Counted from the first letter of the whole stretch, positions 23,638-36,944 are shown. The stretch: 63,992 nt of DNA, filler included, from Octopus bimaculoides (GCF_001194135.2; 5 parts of 5 records of this genome joined end to end with filler, not necessarily neighbours in it), one strand, 5' to 3'. The notes: generated by a model not told the origin, from the letters alone. Made by a program: numbers and translations.

Positions 23638-23673
23638 CTTTTCCTTGAAGAGCGTAGGCTCGAAACGTAAAAG
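23638..23673 (+). ncRNA. Hammerhead-like remnant with intact stems but lost CUGA core
   Basis: CTTT-[TCCTTGAA]-GAGC(gtag)GCTC-GAA-ACGT-A-AAAG; related to 44011-44045. Confidence 0.5.
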
Positions 23674-23779
23674 ACTTTCTCACTTTCCCGAGTGTCAAAC
23701 TAAGACACCTGCTTGTTGTTCTTTCACCTGTCTACGTCTTTTGTTTTTCTGTAAATTTCAACTACATATATATACGCAC

Positions 23780-23810
<31 letters not shown>

Positions 23811-23949
23811 TGTATGTATTTGTTGAAGGGGCAACAAATGCTGAGGCAAGGCAATCATCTCAGTCATGGAGCCCTGGTATTCAGTTAAAGCACACTTACC
23901 CAGTGTACCTAGTCGTTTAAATTACCTGTGAACTAAACCCCTATATTTT

Positions 23950-24100
23950 CTGGCAGAAACGTTAGCCGGGCGAAATGCTTAGCGTTACGTTCTGGGTTCA
24001 AATTCCGCCGCGGTCCACTTTGCCTTTCATCCTTTCTGATTGAACTTTTTCACGGTGGTGCACCAGCATGACCGCAGCCACTTGGCTGAAACACATAAAT
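23950..24100 (+). mobile_element. SINE family B head, joined to a family-A-like 3' end
   Basis: TGGCAGAAACG A-box, GGGTTCAAATTCC B-box, TTTGCCTTTCATCCTTTC, then GGTGGTGCACCAGCATGACCGCAG. Confidence 0.75.
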
Positions 24101-24124
24101 AAATAAAATATATATATATATATT

Positions 24125-24177
<53 letters not shown>

Positions 24178-24183
24178 ATGTGT

Positions 24184-24308
24184 GTTTCGCGTTCATAAAG
24201 CGCTTAGCTTTGACTACATCTCGTCACATCCTAATGGCCGGTGGCCTATAACTGACGAGTCGTATGTAAAGCTAAGAGCTCTATGGACACGAAACTCTGG
24301 GTAATGCC
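24184..24308. ncRNA. 43-bp-stem hairpin made of two inverted hammerhead-like motifs
   Basis: Arms 24184-24226 and 24253-24295 are 34/43 complementary. The right arm contains CTGACGA (24252-24258), an internal hairpin and GAAAC (24291-24295). Confidence 0.55.
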
Positions 24309-24326
24309 ATGAGCTGGTCATAACTT

Positions 24327-24357
<31 letters not shown>

Positions 24358-24384
24358 GTATATATATATATATATATTATGTGC

Positions 24385-24428
<44 letters not shown>

Positions 24429-24837
24429 NNNNNNNNNNNNNNNNNNNNNNNNNNNNNNNNNNNNNNNNNNNNNNNNNNNNNNNNNNNNNNNNNNNNNNNN
24501 NNNNNNNNNNNNNNNNNNNNNNNNNNNNNNNNNNNNNNNNNNNNNNNNNNNNNNNNNNNNNNNNNNNNNNNNNNNNNNNNNNNNNNNNNNNNNNNNNNNN
24601 NNNNNNNNNNNNNNNNNNNNNNNNNNNNNNNNNNNNNNNNNNNNNNNNNNNNNNNNNNNNNNNNNNNNNNNNNNNNNNNNNNNNNNNNNNNNNNNNNNNN
24701 NNNNNNNNNNNNNNNNNNNNNNNNNNNNNNNNNNNNNNNNNNNNNNNNNNNNNNNNNNNNNNNNNNNNNNNNNNNNNNNNNNNNNNNNNNNNNNNNNNNN
24801 NNNNNNNNNNNNNNNNNNNNNNNNNNNNNNNNNNNNN

Positions 24838-24889
<52 letters not shown>

Positions 24890-25258
24890 TATCTATATAT
24901 ATATATATATCTATTTATTGATACATACATATATGTATATACATGTAGATTAGAATAGGATAATAAATGAAGAATGAAATACAAATAGAAAAATCTGTTA
25001 CGTCACTTGAATCCTTAAGAATGTTGCCAACTTCACAAATCGTCATAGCAACAATAATAATACCTGTAGTGGAGGCCAGAATTATAACACCAACAAATAC
25101 AAGAACATCGAAAATATGATCGAATGATGGAATGAAAGACACATAAAGGGAGATTGAAAATTATTTGAGAAGTACGGGAAAATCAGATCCATACACATAT
25201 GTATGCATGAACGCACAAAGACATGTATATAAATATTTATGCATAGATATTTCAAATG

Positions 25259-25290
<32 letters not shown>

Positions 25291-25452
25291 ATGAGGTACT
25301 CAGTAGATTCTTCAGATCTACTAGAGTAGATGCAAGCGCTAATATATGATTTATAAAAACATGTGACATATTAATAAAAATCTGTAAATGTACAACCATC
25401 CAGATCTCTGAGCACCTTATTTTTCTAATATATAATACATCACCGCCAAATC

Positions 25453-25540
<88 letters not shown>

Positions 25541-25683
25541 TATACATATACATCTATATATATGTATATATATATACTCACATGTATATATATTTATATA
25601 TATAAACACATATGTATACATATGTATGTATATATAAATATATACATATGTATATATTTGTCTCATATGTATATGTTTGTCTC

Positions 25684-26076
25684 AGGCGCAGGAGTGGCTG
25701 TATGGTAAGTAGCTTGCCTACCAACCACATGGTTCCGGGTTCAGTCCCACTGTGTGGCACCTTGGGCAAGTGTCTTCGACTATAGCCTCGAGCCAACCAA
25801 AGCCTTGTGAGTGGATTTGGTAGACGGAAACTGAAAGAAGCCCGTCGTATATATATATTCGAGAGTGGGGGGGGCATGTTTGTGTGTGTGTTTGTCCTCC
25901 CCTAAATCGCTTGACAAGCGATGCTGGTGTGTTTACGTCCCCGTAAATTAGCGGTTTGGCAGAAGGCACTGATAGAATAAGTACTAGGCTTACAAAGAAT
26001 AAGTCCCGGGGTCGATTTGTTCGACTAAAGGCAGTACTCTAGCATGGCCGCAGTCAAATGACTGAATCAAGTAAAA

Positions 26077-26077
<1 letters not shown>
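25684..26077 (+). mobile_element. SINE family A, full length
   Basis: Colinear with 19408-19795. Confidence 0.9.
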
Positions 26078-26125
<48 letters not shown>

Positions 26126-27056
26126 TATATATATATATATGTATGTATATATATATATACATATATATAAGACCGAAATACCGCTAAGCATTTTTACCTG
26201 GAATAATATTAATTTCAATATTAAGGGGGCGAGCTGGNNNNNNNNNNNNNNNNNNNNNNNNNNNNNNNNNNNNNNNNNNNNNNNNNNNNNNNNNNNNNNN
26301 NNNNNNNNNNNNNNNNNNNNNNNNNNNNNNNNNNNNNNNNNNNNNNNNNNNNNNNNNNNNNNNNNNNNNNNNNNNNNNNNNNNNNNNNNNNNNNNNNNNN
26401 NNNNNNNNNNNNNNNNNNNNNNNNNNNNNNNNNNNNNNNNNNNNNNNNNNNNNNNNNNNNNNNNNNNNNNNNNNNNNNNNNNNNNNNNNNNNNNNNNNNN
26501 NNNNNNNNNNNNNNNNNNNNNNNNNNNNNNNNNNNNNNNNNNNNNNNNNNNNNNNNNNNNNNNNNNNNNNNNNNNNNNNNNNNNNNNNNNNNNNNNNNNN
26601 NNNNNNNNNNNNNNNNNNNNNNNNNNNNNNNNNNNNNNNNNNNNNNNNNNNNNNNNNNNNNNNNNNNNNNNNNNNNNNNNNNNNNNNNNNNNNNNNNNNN
26701 NNNNNNNNNNNNNNNNNNNNNNNNNNNNNNNNNNNNNNNNNNNNNNNNNNNNNNNNNNNNNNNNNNNNNNNNNNNNNNNNNNNNNNNNNNNNNNNNNNNN
26801 NNNNNNNNNNNNNNNNNNNNNNNNNNNNNNNNNNNNNNNNNNNNNNNNNNNNNNNNNNNNNNNNNNNNNNNNNNNNNNNNNNNNNNNNNNNNNNNNNNNN
26901 NNNNNNNNNNNNNNNNNNNNNNNNNNNNNNNNNNNNNNNNNNNNNNNNNNNNNNNNNNNNNNNNNNNNNNNNNNNNNNNNNNNNNNNNNNNNNNNNNNNN
27001 NNNNNNNNNNNNNNNNNNNNNNNNNNNNNNNNNNNNNNNNNNNNNNNNNNNNNNNN

Positions 27057-27124
<68 letters not shown>

Positions 27125-27640
27125 TCGTGCGTATATGTGTGTGCGTTTGTTTGTGCGAGTACATATACATGTAAGTATCTATATACATATACACATATAC
27201 ACATAATCGTGTGTGTGTGTGTGTGTGTGTGGATAATGTCAGAAAAGCGTTGAGAAACAGTCTATTACTAATAATAATGATGGAAAATATAGGCAGTCAA
27301 GCAAATAGAAGAAAAGAATAGGAAAAGGCGAGAGAGAATGAGAGACAGAGAGAGAGAGAGGGAGAGAGACGAGGAGAGAGAAAGAGGTACATTAAGAGAG
27401 GGAGTGAGAGAATGAGTTAGAAAGAGCAAGGAGTGAGTGAGAGAGAGAAGGAAGTAAGGGAAGCGAAGGTGAAAAAAATAAATACAAAAAGAAAGAAGGC
27501 AGAGTAGTTTCTATATTTGCCAGTTGTTGTTGGGGAGAGAGAAAACAGGTTTGCTTTAGTGGATTGTGCGACGGCGGTCAAGCCTGTAGTAAGCAGAGGG
27601 AGTTGTAAAACTTGTTTGCAACAGTGCTAAAACAGGTAGT

Positions 27641-27684
27641 ATGAGTGACGACAAGCCGGCTAGGAAAGAAATATTCACCAGCAG
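27641..27684 (+). CDS. Candidate first coding exon MSDDKPARKEIFTS(R/S), unidentified gene
   Basis: ATG at 27641 with a purine at -3, 14 codons plus 2 nt, and a consensus donor CAG|GTAAGT at 27685. It is preceded by unique sequence and a GA-rich tract. Could also be a uORF. Confidence 0.5.
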
Positions 27685-28408
27685 GTAAGTAAGCTTCCCT
27701 GTTTCACTTCTTCTCTTAAAACATGTTTGCCATCACTGAACTGAACGGTTTTAATCATCCGTCTTCAAGGTGCCGAGGGATTCCTGAAATTAGTCCCACC
27801 ACCACCACCACCGCTACCACCGCCACCAACATCACCACTAACAGCACTAAAACCATTACGACCACCACCACCACCACCACCACCACCACTACCACCAACA
27901 CCATCAACAACAACAACAACAACAACAACAACAAAATCAGCGTCACCACAACTCCTGTTTACATCAACATCAACACCAAAATATTAACTCTAACTTAGCA
28001 AGCACTTAACTCTGACAACACCAATGTCCCACATCAATACCTCACATCCATTTCTACACATCCAGTATCCCACTTAGACCACACATTTCATCATTGTTGT
28101 TGTTTTCCTACTTTTATTTTCTTTTTGTTGTTGTACTTCGGTTGGTACTATTCGTTTTTTTTTATATATATGTTTTTGTCTTTATTTCACGTAGCCTTTA
28201 CACTTTCCTTTTCCGTTTTCTTTCGTTTTTTTTTTTTTACTTTTGACGTCTAATTTAAAGGGATTTTCTTGTATTTAGTTTGTGTGTGTGTATATATANN
28301 NNNNNNNNNNNNNNNNNNNNNNNNNNNNNNNNNNNNNNNNNNNNNNNNNNNNNNNNNNNNNNNNNNNNNNNNNNNNNNNNNNNNNNNNNNNNNNNNNNNN
28401 NNNNNNNN

Positions 28409-28439
<31 letters not shown>

Positions 28440-30229
28440 CACTTTAGATTTTCTTTGTTTTCATTTATCGTTTCTTTATGATTGTTTTTCTTTTCGTTTA
28501 TTATTTATTATTTTTTTCATTAGTCGAATGATTGAGTATCTTGTTCAGTCATGGTTCGTTTTGTTTACCACAAGAAAAAAAATATTAATCGAGAATCTAT
28601 AGGCTTTGTCCTGGTTGTTGCTCTCACAGACTAACTTATATTTGCCTTACTCTGTTACACTAGTAAGTGTTTATGATAGGATAAAGTTGTACAGTAATAC
28701 AAACAAAACCGTCTTGAATATTCACCAAATCCCTTGCAAAAGTGAATGGAGGCACGGATTGGTGCTATAGTAAGATATGTATGTAGACGATAAACATAAA
28801 TATAAAACCAAATATTTTTGGAGGAATATAATACAATCGTACAACAGTCGACATATACTCTGTTTTTTCTAATAGACTTGTACATGCTTAAATAGACACA
28901 ATTATGCATGGCGATAAAAACACATCATAAATACATTAAGGATTCTGCTTATACATACATACATACATACATAATATTCACATATATCTTAGATGAAAAC
29001 ATGAATGATAATTATGTTAACATATATGCATGTAAATAAACGTAAATGCATATAGAGTTATGTCGTTGTCTACCTATAAAGAAACATATATCTAGATATA
29101 CAAATTCTTTTATTCTACATCCTTTTATTGGCTCCACTCTATAATTGGACTGCGACCATTGTAGAACAGTACTTTTGTAAAAACCGATTTTCAAATATGT
29201 ACATTCATACATGTATACATTCATACGTAAACAAATTAATCTCCTTTGTGCTAATGTAGTAGACGTATTGGAGATAAAGTGTGTAGAAATTCCAAGAGTT
29301 GAAACTTTGTTTTCATCGACTGATCAAAAGTTTAAGAATATTACACAATCGTTGTCAGATGATAGAATTCCAACATTGGTTCCCCACCATGGCACCAGAT
29401 CGAATTAAACTAACAAACATGACATGCGCTGTCTATATCCAGGTCCAAACTTCCAAACTGTGTTCATCTTTAAGGAATTCAAAGGTTTTGGATTCTTATA
29501 GTAACCCGATCACGTAACTGACAGGTAAGAGCTGGCTGTTTTACCTCGTTGCTAAATATACTCAGTCAACATATTCAGCTTCCTAATACATATGCATTCA
29601 TTCTCATTCGACCGCCTTCTTTATCAACATGCATACACACACGTATGTACATTTGCATGTGTATGTATATATTATATACATACGCACACACGCACACACA
29701 TACGTNNNNNNNNNNNNNNNNNNNNNNNNNNNNNNNNNNNNNNNNNNNNNNNNNNNNNNNNNNNNNNNNNNNNNNNNNNNNNNNNNNNNNNNNNNNNNNN
29801 NNNNNNNNNNNNNNNNNNNNNNNNNNNNNNNNNNNNNNNNNNNNNNNNNNNNNNNNNNNNNNNNNNNNNNNNNNNNNNNNNNNNNNNNNNNNNNNNNNNN
29901 NNNNNNNNNNNNNNNNNNNNNNNNNNNNNNNNNNNNNNNNNNNNNNNNNNNNNNNNNNNNNNNNNNNNNNNNNNNNNNNNNTATATATACATATATATAT
30001 ATGTATGTATATAAACATGTGTGTGTGCGTGTGTGTATGCGTGTGTGTGCGTGTGTGTGTGTGCGTGTGTGTGCGTGTGTGTGTTTCTAAATATATATCT
30101 TAAGTCCTAGTAGGGTGTATACATAGGGTATTTCCAGAGATGCACTCAACCCCAATACTGGGCTATCAACACTGTCGGGTTCCAGACCAATGCTGGAATT
30201 TTTCAAGTATAGAAAATCCTGGTGAAGAG

Positions 30230-30295
<66 letters not shown>

Positions 30296-30861
30296 CAGAT
30301 TGAAAATAAAATTTTAAAACTTCTTTATTTAAGATCATTACAATAGTTTTGACACACTCTTGCACCTTCAGTACATTGGTGACACGTAGTGTAAAAGTGC
30401 CAACACTCTCCAAGGTTTTACGCGAATCTTATTTAACTATGCAGTAAGTATATAAATGCTTATATACAAGTGTCACAGTCTCATATTTTAGTTTGCTAAA
30501 ATTATTTTCTGTACTACGAACTCCCTTTCAGTCACACTCATTCTCTCAGTTTCTCTTCCTCTCAGTCCCTCCTTTTCAATGTATGGAAAGATTGATATTT
30601 TTATATGAAAAATTACCTATACTATAGGCATGTATGTATACATAATACATATGCTACATGAATTACATGATATATGTGTATGTGTGGGAGTAGGTATGTG
30701 TGATATATTTAACTGAATATGTAAGTTTGCATACATACAAACGTAACTGCTGGCGCGAGTGTGTTTGTGTGAATTTATCTGAGTGAAAACAAATATATGT
30801 ATATATATATATGTATGGATGGATGGATGGAGGGATGGATGGATAGATGGATGTATGTATG

Positions 30862-30961
30862 NNNNNNNNNNNNNNNNNNNNNNNNNNNNNNNNNNNNNNN
30901 NNNNNTTAATTAATTAANNNNNNNNNNNNNNNNNNNNNNNNNNNNNNNNNNNNNNNNNNNN
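30862..30961. other. Artificial scaffold linker N44-TTAATTAATTAA-N44
   Basis: Identical 100-nt structure occurs four times; the 12-mer gives stops in all six frames. Confidence 0.95.
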
Positions 30962-31149
30962 ATATATATAATATATAGTTTTAGGGAAAATAACCAAATA
31001 TATATATATATATAAAGATCAGGATTCTGATAGAATCAGTTATTTGGAAAGGTATACACCAGGTAGGGTTGGGTAATCTCTGTGCTTCCGGTCTATGGTT
31101 GGTGGAGAGTCGAGATATCAGATAGGATATTTCGGTTGTGTACACAGAG

Positions 31150-31725
31150 AAAACCAGTCCTATGAATATTTAGTGCCTGGGGGTCTGGTCCAAATTATAG
31201 ACGGGCGGATCTTCTCAAGCAGGACGAATCTCCTATCAACTCCATCTTTTGCTATCTCCTCAGTAAGTCTCAACAAACCGAGGTCGGTTTTCACTACTTC
31301 GTCTCACTTCTTCCTGAGTCTTCTTTTCCATAGTTTCCATCAACATTTAGCAATCGGTACTTCTTTGTGCACCTGTCCATATCTATACACATCACATGAC
31401 TATACCAGCGCAGGATTCTCCGTTGTACATTACATTTGATTTCTTTCACACCCAACTTTTGTCTCAACCCCATTTGCACTTTGCTGTACAGGCACAATGA
31501 CGTTGTGCATCGAACAGAGCATTCTAGCTTCGTTTCGCTATAGTCTTCACACGTCCTCAGCATTCTGACAACTTTTACTTTGCTGTTCGTACATAAGCAT
31601 TACACCTTTCACTCTGAATGGGAGAACTTTCGTTACTAACAGAATTAGATAGCTCTCTGAACTTTCTCCATCTTGTCCTAATGATAGTAACTATACACTC
31701 TGAACATCATTCTCCGCGCCTAGTT
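31150..31725 (-). mobile_element. Decayed RTE-clade LINE 3' end
   Basis: RNEARML...LRQKLGVKEI...RRILRWYSHV...DRCTKK...G..GKE.SGR, matching the RTE LRWxGHV...GxRxRGRP terminus. Confidence 0.85.
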
Positions 31726-31804
31726 TAGAGATCTAAGAGTAACTATCTACTGTCTCTAGAGAGCCTCTTGGGCATTCAAGACAATCTATTTCTCTTACAT
31801 ACTG

Positions 31805-31975
31805 AGTTATGTGGCACATCTGCTACATAAAATTTTCCAGCTACATGGTTTTGGATTCATTCCCACTGCATGGCACCTTGACCAAGAATCTTCTATTATA
31901 TCCTCGAGCCGAACATAATGTTGAGTGAATTTGGTAGACGGAAACTGAAACAAGCCCATCGTATATATGTAAGTG
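31805..31975 (+). mobile_element. Diverged SINE family A head
   Basis: CCCACTGCATGGCACCTTG...GAATTTGGTAGACGGAAACTGAAA. Confidence 0.8.
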
Positions 31976-32009
31976 TGTGTGTGCGGGTGCGAGTGTGCAT
32001 GTGTGTGAG

Positions 32010-32060
<51 letters not shown>

Positions 32061-32384
32061 NNNNNNNNNNNNNNNNNNNNNNNNNNNNNNNNNNNNNNNN
32101 NNNNNNNNNNNNNNNNNNNNNNNNNNNNNNNNNNNNNNNNNNNNNNNNNNNNNNNNNNNNNNNNNNNNNNNNNNNNNNNNNNNNNNNNNNNNNNNNNNNN
32201 NNNNNNNNNNNNNNNNNNNNNNNNNNNNNNNNNNNNNNNNNNNNNNNNNNNNNNNNNNNNNNNNNNNNNNNNNNNNNNNNNNNNNNNNNNNNNNNNNNNN
32301 NNNNNNNNNNNNNNNNNNNNNNNNNNNNNNNNNNNNNNNNNNNNNNNNNNNNNNNNNNNNNNNNNNNNNNNNNNNNNNNNNNNN

Positions 32385-32427
<43 letters not shown>

Positions 32428-32431
32428 CGCA

Positions 32432-32597
32432 CAAACATACATATACGACAAGCTTCTTTCAGTTTTTGCCTACCAAACCCATTTCCGGAATTACAGCAGA
32501 AGACATTTACCCAAACCGATACACCATGGGACTGAACGCTAGACCACACGGTTAGGAAGCAAGGTTTCTAGCTACGCAGCCACACAACCACGCCTAC
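32432..32597 (-). mobile_element. Diverged SINE family A head
   Basis: Reverse complement of the head; converges on the 31805 copy. Confidence 0.75.
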
Positions 32598-33243
32598 GCC
32601 TACGTCTAAGTGCTTTAGTAAAATTCACTGTGTGGAAAGCTGTAGATGATATAAAAATTTGCAACGCTAGGTAAATTTGAAGGTCTCGACATTCTGGAAA
32701 GGATCTATCTTCGCTCCACCTGTCATCTCCCTTCACTGCACACGAACTTATATCAAATTTATCAAGACCACCGCTGATTTCCCAGGAATACGTATCTCGC
32801 TTTGTATTCAGCTTAAATAAAATGATACAACAGTGCTTTGCTGTTCTTCAACTGGGTTTATGATTTTGATGAGATTGGGCTTTTATGATCTCATTCTCTT
32901 TTTTTATGTTAATAGAATTTTCTTTAGTGAGTAAAGGCTGTTTCGTTACGCACAACCCTTGTTTAAATAAAGGATTACTTGTGTTGGGTTATTAAAAATC
33001 AACACTTTTATTCTAGATTTAAGCATGGACGCTGTGTTTATTTTTATTGTGATCATTGAGTACTACGGCATAGTTTCTTAGTAGAATATACGTTTTGTTT
33101 CTTGGCGATATGTGTAGAAAGGAAAGGTAATTTATCGAATATTTTTATGACCGACATTATTATTTTTTTTTTCGCTTATTTATTTATTTCATGGCTTAAT
33201 CAGAGGAGAAAGGATAACGTCCGTTGGTGAGGTCACCGATGTT

Positions 33244-33281
<38 letters not shown>

Positions 33282-33678
33282 NNNNNNNNNNNNNNNNNNN
33301 NNNNNNNNNNNNNNNNNNNNNNNNNNNNNNNNNNNNNNNNNNNNNNNNNNNNNNNNNNNNNNNNNNNNNNNNNNNNNNNNNNNNNNNNNNNNNNNNNNNN
33401 NNNNNNNNNNNNNNNNNNNNNNNNNNNNNNNNNNNNNNNNNNNNNNNNNNNNNNNNNNNNNNNNNNNNNNNNNNNNNNNNNNNNNNNNNNNNNNNNNNNN
33501 NNNNNNNNNNNNNNNNNNNNNNNNNNNNNNNNNNNNNNNNNNNNNNNNNNNNNNNNNNNNNNNNNNNNNNNNNNNNNNNNNNNNNNNNNNNNNNNNNNNN
33601 NNNNNNNNNNNNNNNNNNNNNNNNNNNNNNNNNNNNNNNNNNNNNNNNNNNNNNNNNNNNNNNNNNNNNNNNNNNNNN

Positions 33679-33995
33679 CGTGAAATTAACGTGCAAGTGG
33701 CTGAGCACTCAACAGACACGTGTACCCTTAACGTAGTTCTCGGGGATATTCAGCGTGACACAGTGTGACAAGGCTGACCCTTTGAAATACAGGTACAAGA
33801 GAAACAGGAAGTAAGAGTGAGAGAAAGTTGTGGTGAAAGAGTACAGCAGGGGTCGCCACCATCCCCTGCCGGAGCCTCGTGGAGCTTTAGGTGTTTTCGC
33901 TCAATAAACACTCACAACGCCAGGTCTGGGAATTGAAACCGCGATCCTATGACCACGAATCCGCTGCCCTAACCATTGGGCCATTGCGCCTCCAC
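33679..33995 (-). mobile_element. tRNA-derived SINE family C
   Basis: Minus strand begins GTGGAGGCGCAATGGCCCAATGGTTAG (A-box) and contains GGTTTCAATTCCC (B-box). Its 3' part recurs at about 55230-55330. Confidence 0.85.
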
Positions 33996-35937
33996 TGTGT
34001 GTGTGTGTAAACAATAGTTATAACGACAGAGAATATGGAGACTGGTACATCCTCAGAATTTATTTCCTTTCAATTTACAATTTCATAAAGCATATTTTTA
34101 TGGTTATGATGATCTATACGTTATAATTATTGCAAACAAATTATAAGTTATAATTATTACGAACAAAATAATTATTCTTTATTGACTTGAGATTTATCAG
34201 CAAATTTAAACTGCAGTTATACATAGCAGTTATGCACTCCAAATAGTTAAAAAGTAATGTTTGGCATTCAGCTTTTTTTTTACCACATTTGGATAGAAAA
34301 CATTGAAACATTCGCTAATGCTGTATGTACATACGACACCAAAATGTCACCACGCCTTAACTAAATAAGATAACAGTTGCTCTTAGAGCTACTATACACA
34401 CCCAAAAGGTAAAATAGCCCTAAGTTCGGACGTGACCTTCATTTTTCACAGCTACTGTTGTGACTGCCATGTGGCATACCAACTGCACTAAAGTTTAGTT
34501 GTGACCTTGTCACGTGGCTGTCACAACCTTAATACATGGGAATAACGGAAAACTGACCGAATATTACTCTATCTCAACACGTGACTATCTTCAGTCAATT
34601 AGTTAATGTACATATTATGTACATCTCTATAAAAAAAAAAAAACGATTTTTGGAACAACGATCAGAAAAGATACAGTTTATAATATAGCTTCATATTTCT
34701 CAAAACTTACCTTTTTGTAAAATCATACAAATGTGAAATCTGTAAAGTATATTAATCTTAGAAAAATCTTCATATATATTCTCTGTGCATTTTCAACTTA
34801 TCTATATATATATGTGTGTGCATATGTGTGTGTGAATATATATATATATATATACATCCATCCATCTATACATACATATACACTCGCGCACACATACACA
34901 TATATATAAGAGGAAGTTGGATTGGGGGTGGAAAATGAACCTAAATCTTAAAACAAGTTGCAGTTTTGAAATTTTGTAATAAATTTTTATAACAAACCTG
35001 TTTCAACATTTTTTTGTTTTGTTTTGTTTTTTAATGGTAAATAAAAAACTTTTTAAGAGTGCTTGCAGGTACAAGTGAAAATTAAAACAAAATCAAATGT
35101 CCATACAAATTGAAAAATCCAATAATTATCAGAGATAGACAATAATAAAAATTCAAATGTTCGGTGAATTTTATGACAAGTCAAGCATGATTGAGTAATA
35201 TTAACAATTAGATACAATGAAGTTTTAAAAGAGTAAGAAAAAGAAATTTTTTTACAATTTCCGTTGCTGGTTTTGCTGTTGAGAGCTTGTGTTGTCTTAA
35301 ACTGAAATTGCTTTGTACACATAGGTTTCTAAGATTTAAGATCAAGTTCTAATTTGTTATAAATGTAATGACTTTACTTTCTTTTTGTCGGCTTGTAGTC
35401 TAATATTTTGGTTAGCTGACTGCCTGAATATGTAACTTGTTTTTCGAATGTTCTGGTCATACATTTTGATTTTGAAGCAGTATCAACATTCTGGTCGGTT
35501 GACTTCTTGGTGACGTCATTTGTTTATTGACTATATTGATCACTCGTTTTTGACCAGTAGAGATAGATTCAGAGCTCTGGCTGGTTGATTTTTCTGCATA
35601 TATCATTTGTGTCTATCAAGGGCTCTTGGTAACCCGTTTTTGTCTGACGGTCGTCCAGCGATCTGGTTTGTTGATTCTCTTCAGAAGCCACTGTTCTTGG
35701 TCAGCTGAATGTTTATTTCTTTTTTTCCTGAGGATCTTGTTTTAGCCAGTAAAAATTTTAATTGGTTAAACTTGGTGTTTGAGAAAGTACAAGAATAATT
35801 GTACCAGAGTTTCAAGTTAGGTCTTCGAATTCTTGTGGTAGCCTGTTACTTAAACTTTTGATTTATATCTGTTGTCTCTGCTCGTTTTTTGTGAATGAGT
35901 TTTCTCATTCTATATTTTTGTTGCAGTTTTTATTTCA

Positions 35938-36129
35938 TACTCTTTTATTTGTTTCAGTTATTTAACTGTGGCCATGCTGGAGGACCGCCTTTAGTCGAAC
36001 AAATCTCCCCCAGGACTCATTCTTTGTAAGCCTAGTACTTATTTTATCGGTCTTTTGCCGAACCGCTAAGTTACGGGCACGTAAACACTCCAGCATCGGT
36101 TATCAAGCGATGGTGGGGGGACAAACACC

Positions 36130-36135
<6 letters not shown>
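35938..36135 (-). mobile_element. SINE family A 3' module
   Basis: Reverse complement of 19590-19795. Confidence 0.85.
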
Positions 36136-36181
<46 letters not shown>

Positions 36182-36911
36182 NNNNNNNNNNNNNNNNNNN
36201 NNNNNNNNNNNNNNNNNNNNNNNNNNNNNNNNNNNNNNNNNNNNNNNNNNNNNNNNNNNNNNNNNNNNNNNNNNNNNNNNNNNNNNNNNNNNNNNNNNNN
36301 NNNNNNNNNNNNNNNNNNNNNNNNNNNNNNNNNNNNNNNNNNNNNNNNNNNNNNNNNNNNNNNNNNNNNNNNNNNNNNNNNNNNNNNNNNNNNNNNNNNN
36401 NNNNNNNNNNNNNNNNNNNNNNNNNNNNNNNNNNNNNNNNNNNNNNNNNNNNNNNNNNNNNNNNNNNNNNNNNNNNNNNNNNNNNNNNNNNNNNNNNNNN
36501 NNNNNNNNNNNNNNNNNNNNNNNNNNNNNNNNNNNNNNNNNNNNNNNNNNNNNNNNNNNNNNNNNNNNNNNNNNNNNNNNNNNNNNNNNNNNNNNNNNNN
36601 NNNNNNNNNNNNNNNNNNNNNNNNNNNNNNNNNNNNNNNNNNNNNNNNNNNNNNNNNNNNNNNNNNNNNNNNNNNNNNNNNNNNNNNNNNNNNNNNNNNN
36701 NNNNNNNNNNNNNNNNNNNNNNNNNNNNNNNNNNNNNNNNNNNNNNNNNNNNNNNNNNNNNNNNNNNNNNNNNNNNNNNNNNNNNNNNNNNNNNNNNNNN
36801 NNNNNNNNNNNNNNNNNNNNNNNNNNNNNNNNNNNNNNNNNNNNNNNNNNNNNNNNNNNNNNNNNNNNNNNNNNNNNNNNNNNNNNNNNNNNNNNNNNNN
36901 NNNNNNNNNNN

Positions 36912-36944
<33 letters not shown>

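Noticed and set aside
30906-30917. Recurrent palindrome TTAATTAATTAA
   Set aside because: It is a synthetic linker, not biological sequence.
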